Shown piece by piece: positions 53,496-64,000 of a stretch of DNA of 64,000 nt; within the stretch, counting starts at the first letter, position 1; each line of letters opens with the position of its first letter. This DNA is from Eledone cirrhosa (taxonomy: Eukaryota): positions 243,660,001-243,724,000 of the forward strand of contig OZ024742.1 of NCBI GenBank assembly GCA_964016885.1. Reading direction: 5' to 3'. Position numbers and translations under genes: made by a program. The notes beneath the pieces are model-generated. The model had not been told where the DNA came from, did not search any database, and was given only the letters and a program-made list of their open reading frames with translations.

Positions 53496-53899
53496 TGTGT
53501 ATATATATATACACATACTTATATATATATAAATATATATATATATCGGATACAGAGCTTAGTTTTGTTTACAAACAGTGGAGAATTTGAAAATTAGATA
53601 GTGAAAACAGAGCTTCTGCCGTATTTTTGACTAAGTAAATTAGCCTAATAGTTGGAGTTATAAAAATCCACAGAATGGAAAAAGAACGAGCATTGACATA
53701 CATAGGGCATGAACCCATATCTTTGGCTATCATTAACACTGTGCTAACCATTATATATATATATGTATATGTTATGTTATATTGGAGTTTATCAATATAT
53801 ATCCTGGTAAAGATTATAGAAGCTCAATGCTAATCAGTATCCTTGATCAATCAGTAATCCAAAAGGCTGGATGATTTTTCAACCTCCTTAGACTACGTT

Positions 53900-54365
53900 A
53901 TGAACTGTTATGGCACAAACTGCAGAAATTGGACACCCTGCTGAATGAAAAACAAAACCCATCAAAGGGCGGAGGAACTTAGGATAATCAACAGCCATCT
54001 AATAAAGTTGTTTTTTTCTTTTTGTAGAGCACGAGGCTCCTAGTCTTCATTAAGACATCTCTCTAGGAGAAGATCCCTCTGATATAAAACCTGCAACTTT
54101 GTTTGCATCCAATGATGTAGAGCAGTTCTTCTTTTTGAGCAAATGCATTTGATGTTCAGAGAGGGGGATTGGCCCCATGCAAAGACTTTCCTCACTTAAA
54201 AAAAGCTTCAGGCACAGGCATTGCTTGATATGTGACATTTTTTGCAATGCATGGTATTGCTGACCATAGACAAGTCCCTAGCAAGACTAAAAAGCCATGT
54301 CCGTGATGTTCATGCTTAAGTATCAAGCGATGGCATTACTCGAAATCGAATTGCAGCCACCATCA
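53900..54365 (+). repeat. Dispersed repeat, same family as 62155-63312
   Basis: Shared ctaggagaag...ctgatataaaacctgc...tcagagag.gggattggc...tttcctcactt...gcagccaccatcat. Confidence 0.7.
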
Positions 54366-55102
54366 TGTATGTATGTCATCATCATCATCATCATCATCGC
54401 TTAATATCCATCTTCCATGCTAGCATAGGTTAGACGGGAATTGATCCACTTGAGGCAAGATTGGTCGGGTGACTGTGTCTCGCTCATATAGAACTGTATC
54501 TGGCAGGTTTTCTACGGCTGGATGCCCTTCCTAACACCAACCACATTTACAGTGTGGACTGGGAGCCTTTTTTAGCATGTCTCCTACATGGTATGAATGT
54601 ATATATGTACACGCACACACAAATCAATTCAAATGATGGGCTGTTACACAACAAAACCATCTGACAGTAAAGTGAACCTCTTAACCACACAGCCATGCAT
54701 AATTTCTAATAGAACAACCACAAGTTACAGTTTCTTGCTGCTGTTGCCTCAGTCACACATATCTTCAAATAATGCAAAATAACAAAACAAAATAAAGAAA
54801 TTCAAGTTAAATTGATTTTCTTTCTTTTTTTATATTTATATATTTACTTATCTATGTTTTGCTTCTTGTTTTCCTTTTTTGTTCTAGACAGGAAAGTGTG
54901 AATGCATTATTTTATTTTATGGGGTAACAGATACATTCTGTTTTAAGTGAAGAATCAATAAATTTTTTCAGTTTGAGTATGTGACAGGAGACACATAACA
55001 AACTCAACATATGAAACTTTACATCAAGTCTGCACAACATATGGCCTGTAGAATATTTATTTATAAAAGTTTAAAAGAATTTAAAACATACACACACACA
55101 TA

Positions 55103-56750
55103 TCATCATCATTATCATCATCATCATCATTTTACATCCGCTTTTCCCTGCTTGCAAGGGTGGGATGTGTCTTATTCAGCACAGCATCTCTCCACTTGTC
55201 ACGGTCCTTCGTCATCTCCACCGTGAGCTTCAACGATCTGAGGTCTGTTCTCACCACCTCCGCCCATGTTTTTCATGGTCTACCTCTACCACGTCTTCCT
55301 TCAACTGGCATTTCCTGGCACTTCTTCACCCATCGGTCATCCTCCATGTGCATCACATGTCCATACCACCTCAATCTCCTCTCCTGTACACTACATTCTA
55401 TCCCTCTCAGACACAGTTTCTCTCTCAACACATTCATGCTGGGTCGTTCACGCACATTTACACTGCACATCCAACGGAGCATGCTTGCCTCATTTCTCTC
55501 CAGCCATCGCATATCCTCTGCAGTTGCTGCCCATGTCTCACTACCATGCAGCATTGCGCTCCTCACACAGGCATCATACAACCGGCATTTCGTACGCAGG
55601 GAGAAACCCTTCTTCGTCAGCAGAGGAAGCAGCTCCCTAAACTTCTTCCAACCCGTCCTTATTCTAGATACTATGGCCTCGGAACACCCTCCTCCCATGC
55701 TAATCTGATCTCCTAGGTACCGGAAGCTATCCACCAATTCTATAGCGCCCTCTTGCATTTGAAAAATGTGTCTATCAGTGCGACTTCTACTGTCTAATTT
55801 CCCTGTACATCTACTGCATACATATTTCTCCCTACATGTTAGTTTGCCTGCTATCCCGCTACATCTCTTGTGTACCCAGGATCTGCATTGTGTGCATTTT
55901 ATAGAATTTATGCCAGTTCCTTTTCTGCATATTGAACATGGCCATTTCCCTGACGGAATCAGGGTTTTGTCCTCTTTTCTACTCATCAACACTTTTGTCT
56001 TAGCTAGGTTCACTCTCAGTCCTCTTGCTTCCAACTGCTGTTTCCATAGCCAGAATTTATTCTCCAGAATTTATTCTATAAGAACCAGATCGTCAGCATA
56101 GAGAAGTTCCCATGGACAGCCAGTCTTAAACTCCTCTGTTATAGCTTGGAGGACTATAATGAACAAGAGCGGGCTGAGGACCGAACCTTGATGTACTCCT
56201 ACTTGTATCTGGAATTCCTCACTAAACTCCATTCCTACCCTGACTTTACTGAGAGTACCTCTGTACAAAGTTTGCACTGTCCTCACAAGCCATTTCTCAA
56301 CACCTAGCTTCCTTAGGGACCACCAGATGACAGATCGGAGTACCCTATCAAAGGCCTTCTCTAGGTCAACAAAGGCTAAGTATCGTGGCTTATTTTTCTC
56401 TAAGAACCTCTCTTGCAATTGTCTCACCAAGAAGAGGGCATCTGTTGTACTCTTCCCAGGCACAAAACCAAACTGCATCTCATCTAGTTTGACCCTTTCT
56501 CTAATTAGTTGTGCTAAAATCCTTTCTGCCACTTTCATAACCTGATCCATCAGTTTTATACCCCTATAATTGCTCCTCTCCAGAGCATCCCCTTTACCTT
56601 TGTAGCAATTTATGAGAATACTGCTGCACCAGTCTTTGGGTATGACACCACCAGTGCCTAAGTCCCCTGATGCCTTCAGCATCTCAGCAACTCTTCCAGA
56701 TGGTCCAGCAGCCTTACCATTTTTCATTTCCTTAATCGCCTCTTGGACCT
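55103..56750 (-). mobile_element. RTE LINE of a second subfamily (short 3' UTR), 5'-truncated
   Basis: ORFs 56071-56790 and 55273-56034 carry FVDLEKAFDRV, YADD and the PHD-like finger; (TGA)n tail. Confidence 0.95.
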
Positions 56751-57303
56751 TATATATACAAATAATCGCCTCTTGGACATATATATACAAATAATTAAGA
56801 CTGGTTTTCCAAAGGGGATCAGAAAGAAACCATAGTTAAATATCGTACACAATACATCAGTAGAAAAGAAACATATAGAAATAACTTTGACAGGACCAGA
56901 ACTGTTTCATTCATTTAAAATCATCAGGAATGATTGTGCATGTGTATGTATGTATGTGTGTGTGTATATATGTGTGTGTGTGTGTGGTTAAAAAAACAAC
57001 AAACACATAGATACAACAGCCATAGTCTTATTAAGTTTACACTTTAAAAAGGAAAAAGGAAAGTTCAATCTATCAGACATTAGTCTTTCATTGGGAGTAG
57101 AGGAATAAAACGATAAGGTTTAGAGAATAGAATTAACACAAAGATGGGGTTCATAAATAGAGTCTAAAGTCTAAAGTCTGTCTTAAGCCAGAAGGCTCAT
57201 TAGGCTGGTGCTTATCCCGGTTTCAAGGTGTGAAGCAAGATTTTCCCTTGGACAGGACGCCAGTCCATTGCAGCTATTGCTGGTACTCATTTTCAGCTAA
57301 GTA

Positions 57304-57683
57304 CAGTAGTCCCCCAGTATTCATGGGGGTTACGTTCCTAGAGCATCCGCAAATAGTGAAAAAAACCATGAATATTGGATGTGGTCTATAAAAATGCCTA
57401 TAAACGTCAAAATATAATAAAAATAGGGAGTGTCTTACGTGAAGGGGCGCCCAAGAGATAGGCAAATATGGTATATTGTTATTAATAATTTAGTGTTAAA
57501 AAAATATGCATTGCCATGAAAAAATCCATTTAAAAAATCACAGGAGATATTTACGATTCTGCGGAAATGCAGTGGTTTCCACAAACAATTATTAGTTAGG
57601 TTCTAAGGAAAATTCCCCGAATAACCAGGACTGTGAATGTCGGGAATGCGAATGTCGGGACCGTGAATGCTGGGGGTAAATTG
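57304..57683 (+). mobile_element. Tigger-like MITE nested in a minus-strand SINE (57200-57800)
   Basis: TA|CAGTAGTCCCCCAGTATTCATGG ... CCGTGAATGCTGGGGGTAAATTG|TA splits the SINE motif cagct.agta|actggagcaatgtgaaat. Confidence 0.8.
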
Positions 57684-58337
57684 TATACTGGAGCAATGTG
57701 AAATGAAGTGCTTTGTTCAAGAACACAACACACAACCCAGTCCAAGAATTGAACCCATGACATTATGATCATAGATCCAACATCCTTACCATTATGCCAC
57801 GTGTCTATCATAGACAGAAGAGGATTAAAATGAGAGACATGTGAGTGTGTGTGTGTTGCATCCAATTCTATTTTGTGTGTATGTGCATACGAGTTGTTGG
57901 AATGGTGCATACATATTTTGCTAGTGGCCTGTATATTAGCATCGTATATGTGCATGGTTGGTCATTGTGTGTATCAAATAAAGTTATGAGAGAAAAAAAA
58001 ATACAACCTCATTCCAAAAGGTGAAATAACTGGAAAATAAACATATAATGACCATTATATCATCATAGTAACACAATATACGATGCTAAGTGAGAATGTA
58101 TGTGTACATACATGAGCAGATTTGTCTGTGTGTGAGAGTATGTAGGTAGCGATTTGGCAGAGATTTTAGAACGTCAGATAGAATGCTTTATGGTATTCGT
58201 TCCGGCTCTCAACTTTGCCTTTCATCCTTTCGAGGTCGATAAAAAAAGTTCCAGTCTAGTACTGGGGTTGATTGTTCCTCTATATCTCTTTCTAATTTTT
58301 TCTCTCTTTCTCTGGAAGAAATCTGCTGTACTCAGGT

Positions 58338-58515
58338 CTGGAGAGAGATAGGCTCTGCCAGGCTTAAAATACCCAAGAAATGCCATATGTTAATACGGCG
58401 CCCCTACGACTTTATCAGAAATTAAGGGACCATACATACGTGAGTATGTAAGTATCAAAGTTTCACTACATATATAGACATACAATTAAACCTGGCAGAG
58501 CCTATCTCTCTCCAG
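58338..58515. repeat. 30 bp inverted repeat around a ~118 bp spacer (possible MITE)
   Basis: ctggagagagataggctctgccagg(c)ttaa / ttaa(a)cctggcagagcctatctctctccag. Confidence 0.75.
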
Positions 58516-60729
58516 GTTTAACACAACCAATGTCCTCCAGTAAGAGAGCAAGAAGTAAAAACAAGAAGAATCAACACCAATATTAAACAGGTACTTACTG
58601 GTGTTAGTACTTCTCATTTCTCATATTCTTAGCAGTTCTAAATCTAAGATTTCAAAGTCATTTTGATTTATCTTTCGAACAAAAACATAATTATCTTTGA
58701 GCAATTGTTGAATTTGAATTTCATCCAAATACATTCTCCTAAGCAATGCTATTTTCATATCTAATAAGGTACTCTGTCTTGAACTATTGGCAAACAGGGC
58801 CAAAATTCAGGAATTTGTTTTCCCTGAACAATAAGGCTGTCCATAGGGGAACTTCTTCAATCCCTGACATATATCCATACAATATCTATTCTTACTATTA
58901 TATACTTGGCTTTTCACAAAATTGCTTGTTTCCATATCCCCTTGCCCCAACATAGCTTTTACACCTGCTTCTCTACCTAACATTATAGTTGCACTATGGT
59001 TAACTCATTTAACCCCAGCCCACTCCTACAAATCTTCCAATATTCTGATGTATAACACTCTCATAGAAATGCAATATCACTCATGTAATTTCTCAATATG
59101 CTAAACTCTAATTTTTCAAGGTCTATATTAATCTCGCTAATCTTACTAATCTCTTTGTTTGATTTAATGATGAATAAACGGAGCAGTTAGTGAAGAAACA
59201 GCCAATACAAGTGTTCGGGCTAGTGACTTTTCTATAAATGATTTTCATGTCTGATGTAATAAAAAAACTTTACTGATATGTAATACAACATTAATTTTGC
59301 CAAAACACTCTTGCACAAAGGGCCATTGGTGTGTAATGTAGCAGAATAAGTTATTAGATGTTTTTGGAATCTCTACTGGTGTTTCCTGAGGAAAGTAAGC
59401 AATTTGAGGTTTATGGGGAGTGATGCTGCTGGTGGTGGTGGTGGTGGTGAAATGATAAACAGCTATTTGCTATTGCTCCCCACCCACTACCATACCCGAC
59501 TCACTCTTCACAAGGAAATGTATGATGAGATAAGAACAATTTTGTTGATAACAGGATAACTTAGAGAAGTTGTCTTTCTTGAATGTGGGTTTTACTCTTC
59601 TAAGCTTCCATGTTAGATACATATAGAGAGAAATATATATATATCATCATCATCATCATCATCACCGTTTAACGTCCAATATTCCATGCTAGGATGGGTT
59701 AGACAAGTTCTCCTATTGAGAGCAATGCCAGTTCAGGTGACCATGTCTTGCTTATATAGAACTGATTCTGACTTGGTTTCTACAGCTGGATGCCCTTCCT
59801 AACGCCAACCTCATTTACAGTGAGTACTGGGTGCTTTTTGTCGTGACACCAACACGATCACTTTACAGTGTGGGCTGGGTGCCATTTCAATATTAGATGG
59901 ATAACTTATTGAAACGGTGTGAGCTCAGCTGTTGGGCACTAAGTCTTTACAACATATGCATATAAATGGACGTAAAGCTGTAATGATGATACGTGTATGT
60001 GTGAGTGTGAATGTGTGTGTGTGTGTGTCATTGCCAGTGAAACTTTCATCTTGCATTTCTTTCTAATAATTGTTTCTACATTTGGCACAAAGTTAGCAAT
60101 TACCCAGTACATTACTGGTACTTCATTTTATCGACCCTGTAAGGATGAAAGGCAAAGTTAACTTCGGCGGGTAAAATAATAATGTATTTAGATTCTACCT
60201 CTGTATTGAATCCTTTTCCAGAGAATGTTACTTGTTATAAAATTTAATAAAAAAAAACATGGAATTATTTACTACACACACACAAACACGCTTAGACACA
60301 TACATATACAAATAATATCTCATCACTGTCTGAATATGTAAAGTGGTATAAAACTCCAAACAGCTGAGACTATCCTCACAATCTCAAGATCAAATCTCTT
60401 TTTAGAAGCGTTAACATGATTGAAAACAAACAAGGGTGAGAATTCCTATAGCTTTGGCTGATCCAAGTGTTTTGGATCTGCATTGTCTTAAATTACATGG
60501 AGACACGTGGCCTAGAGGTAGATGTGTTGGACTTATTGATCATAATGTCGTGGGTTTGATTTCTTGATTAGGATGTATGTTTTGCTCTTGAGCAAAACAC
60601 TTCATTTCACACTGCTCCACTATACAATCGCTGGGGATTTAACCCTGTGATGGACTGGTGTCCTGTCCAGGGAAGAGTCTTGTACTCTCAGTCGCTTATC
60701 GCCACAGAAACCAGGATAGATTGTCTTAA

Positions 60730-60944
60730 CCATTTAGCATTTAAACTGGCCAGCCAGAATTCTCTCCCCTCTTTCTGTTCAAACAAGCCATAACTGGCCA
60801 CTCATACTGATGTTAAGGTATTACACTCAAAATAAATTATAGCAAAATCTCAGAGACTCAATATTATATGAGATAATTATGTGAGGTAAAGCCTTTATTG
60901 TGAAAATACAATAGTAAATATAGAGTAATGTAAATACTAAAGGG
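60730..60944 (+). mobile_element. piggyBac-like MITE copy
   Basis: TTAA flanks and family body. Confidence 0.85.
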
Positions 60945-60972
60945 TTAAATTACCATATTCTTTGTTTTTAGG

Positions 60973-61027
<55 letters not shown>

Positions 61028-61165
61028 TGAAATGAACAACATATATATATATATATATATATATTCACACATATATATATATATATATATATATTCACAC
61101 ATATATATATATATATATTCACACATATATATATATATATATTCACACATATATATATATATATA

Positions 61166-61372
61166 GTGATGAAGGAAATGTGGTAAGGAACCAGATGGAC
61201 CATAACGCACCAAAGTACTCAATACTTAGGATAGTAGAGTGGGTAATAGGAACGAGTAGGACCCCGACAGCTGAGCTCAAGCTGTTTCGACAGCTAATTC
61301 TGGACTAAAAGCATTTAGTCCAGAATTAGCCGTCGAAACGGCTTGAGCTCAGCTGTCGGGGTCCTACTCGTT

Positions 61373-61377
<5 letters not shown>
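61166..61377. mobile_element. Short fold-back element in (TA)n (hairpin 61246-61377)
   Basis: ~63 bp arms differing only at two CpG sites around a 4-nt loop; homologous to 46731-46923. Confidence 0.8.
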
Positions 61378-61408
<31 letters not shown>

Positions 61409-61441
61409 CGAAACATGTCAATTGCATGAACTCCTTTATTT

Positions 61442-61497
61442 ACTGCTATATATATTTCAATGATAGCCATTGAATGGCTATGACCTCATCAGGCAGT
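61442..61497 (-). ncRNA. Minimal type I hammerhead ribozyme with canonical core, in a ~155 bp solo pLTR-like insert (61405-61560)
   Basis: actgc-CTGATGA-ggtcATAGCCATtcaATGGCTATcatt-GAA-ATATATAT-A-gcagt, followed by aataaa. Confidence 0.78.
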
Positions 61498-61734
61498 TAG
61501 TCAGTTCTTAGATATGCCAGCTCTGTGTTTATGGTGTTGATGGTATCAGAGCCTTGGGACATATATATACGTCGAGACATATATATATGTCACCCGACCA
61601 ACCTTGCCTCAAGTGGGACAACTCCCATCTAACCCATGCTAGCGTGGAAAGTGGACGTTAAACGAGGATGATGATGATGATAATATATATATATACGTAT
61701 ATATATATATATATATGTTTATATATATATATAT

Positions 61735-62092
61735 CATCATCATCATCATCATCACCGTTTTACATCCGTTCTTCCACGCTAGCATGGGTTAGATGGGTTG
61801 TCCTGTTATGGGCAGTGTCTGGTCGGCTGACCTTGTCTTGCTCATACGGAAACTGATTCTGGCTTGATTTCTACAGCTGGATGCCCTTCCTAACACCAAC
61901 CTCATTTACAGTGAGTGCTGGGTGCTTTTTTACCGTGGCACCTCCACGACCACTTTGCATTTCTACAGCTGAGTAAACTGGAGCAATGTGAAATAAAGTG
62001 TCTTGCTCAAGGAAACAACACATCACCCGGTCTGAGAATTAACTCCACAACCTTTCGATTGCAAGCCCAATGCTCTATCCACTAAGCCATGT
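61735..62092 (-). mobile_element. Full tRNA-headed SINE (family B) with RTE tail
   Basis: Head catggcttagtggatagagc; tail matches RTE 3' UTR at 50985-51260; (TGA)n end. Confidence 0.85.
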
Positions 62093-62111
62093 GGATAGAG
62101 CATTGGACTTC

Positions 62112-62147
<36 letters not shown>

Positions 62148-62154
62148 GTATGTA

Positions 62155-63312
62155 CAGAGATGTCAGGTCACCAGTTGGTGCTACTGGTAACATGTATCCC
62201 ATTACAACCTGTCTCATGGTCGGGTCGTTGGCGACTAAACTGGCAACCCCACCAATGTTTCTTGGTGAGGAGGGTGACTTTGGACATCCCGCAGGACTAA
62301 AAACAAAACCTGTCAAAGGGCAAAGGAGCTCTTAAGAGTCAATGGCCATCCAAAATCACCGGGAGAGATGACCCCTTAGCCTTTGTCAAGGCAGAATTCT
62401 AGGAGAAGGAAAATTCTGATATAACACCTGCAACCCTGATGGTATCCAATGATGTTGACTTGTTCTTCTTTTTGGTAAATATCATCTTGGTTAAGAGAGT
62501 GGGACTGGCTTTGTGCAATGCCTTTGCTCACTATAAAAGCTTCACGGCACAGACATTGCTTTATATCTGGAGATTTCTCTGCACTTGTCGTCACATGGTA
62601 CCATGGGCCCAGCACTGTGTGTCAATAATTGTCACAAGTGTAGTGTTTGTACCAGAGTTTTCAAGTCGCTGGCTGGACTAAAAGTCACACTCGTTCAGCG
62701 CATCGGTAGGGGTTCTCCTACATGGATATAAAGTAGTGGCCGTACTCGAAAACGAGTTGGCAGCCACTATGTACAGAGATATGTCGGGTCACTCTTGAGT
62801 GCTACTGGTAACATGTAACCCAGTACAACCTGTCGCATGTCGGGTCATCGGCGACTAAACTGGCAACCCCACCAAGTTTACTTGGTGAGGACGGTGATTT
62901 TGGACACTCTGCAAGACAAAAAACAAAACCTGACAAAGAGCAGAACTCATAAGAGTCAACGGCTATCCAAAAGTGTGTAAATATGTATATACACATGTAC
63001 AACATGGTTAAACCACTGGGAGTGAAGGACCCCTAGCCTTTGTCAGGGCACTTTTCTAGGAGAAGGCAACTCAGAAAACTGGGATAACTCTGATATAAAA
63101 CCTGCGGCTCAGTAGTTACCGATGATGTTGATCTTTTCTTCTTTTCGGGTTATAGCTACTGTCGCTCAGAGAGTGGGATTGGCTCAGTGCACAGTCTTTC
63201 CTCACTTTAAAAAATATCTTCACGCACAGGCATTGCACGATAGGATTAATAATTATTAATAATGGTATATCATGCAATGGCCATACTCGATAACGAGGGG
63301 CAGCCATCATAT
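62155..63312 (+). repeat. Two diverged tandem copies (~600 and ~540 bp) of a non-coding dispersed element
   Basis: Both start gtacagagat..gtc.ggtcac...gtgctactggtaacatgt and end tggcc.tactcga.aacgag..ggcagcca. Confidence 0.75.
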
Positions 63313-64000
63313 ACAGAGATAGGTGGTGAAGATAAAAAAAAAGGTGCAAATTGGTAGAGAGTGCCTATTGGATAGACTGCCTTGTGGTATTTATTCTATT
63401 TCTTTGGGTTCAAAATTCAATTCCTACCAAGATCAACTTATCTATCCATTCTGTTGGAGTTGAGAAATAAAGTGCCAGTGAAGAACTTGAATCAATTCTT
63501 TTTTCTCTCATTCTCTCTTAGAATTGGCTATAGCTGACAATATACTCCTGATGGGAGGCAACATGAAACCACCTTTGTATTCTCCTATCAAAATTCCATA
63601 GTGTTTGTCAATGAAATCAGCCGTTGTTTGTCAACTAGATGGCACAAGGAAGGAAGATGGGAGTCAATCTATAGAATGTATTTGAACATAATGCTGGGAT
63701 GTTTGTGAAGCCAATCCCTTTGATTGTTAGATAGAGCTGAAAATTCTGAATGTATCAGAGAAAGAGAAAAATAAAAGAAAGTCCATGAAATTTGGTGCAA
63801 TTAAACACAACATAAAAAATAGGGGTGAAGATAAAAATATTTATTTTCACTCTAAGAATGCTGATTCTCTGGATTAAGAAGTAAAAAGCGAGAAGTCTTT
63901 AAAATTGATGGGGACTACTCTTGACAAAATAGTAGAATGTCTAAATTTAAGCTGATTTGTAATTGATCAAAGAAAGAAGTTGGCAGTGGTACCTATAAAA

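Noticed and set aside
56890-56933. Minus-strand CTGATGA...GAAAC hammerhead-like motif
   Set aside because: Stem II is weak and no convincing stem I forms; at most a decayed pLTR remnant

Overview
AT-rich, microsatellite-dense animal genomic DNA; the SINE/LINE complement looks like an octopus/cephalopod genome (inference). The only recognisable host gene piece is the first coding exon of sulfiredoxin (9780-9935, minus). The rest is mostly transposon-derived: Penelope-like elements (a complete but disrupted Naiad-type element with an inverted partner, a second 5'-truncated Naiad, and a Neptune-type GIY-YIG fragment), RTE, CRE-like, R4/Dong-like and CR1-like LINE fragments, two tRNA-derived SINE families, piggyBac-like (TTAA) and Tigger-like (TA) MITEs, and a 5S rRNA retrocopy fused to a LINE 3' tail. 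The most notable signal is a set of minimal type I hammerhead ribozyme motifs in five apparently distinct pLTR-like families, with canonical and variant cores. Several lie in head-to-head (fold-back) insertions in (TA)n tracts, including a non-coding ~600 bp palindrome with one hammerhead on each strand. All RNA folds and alignments were done by eye and need computational and biochemical confirmation.
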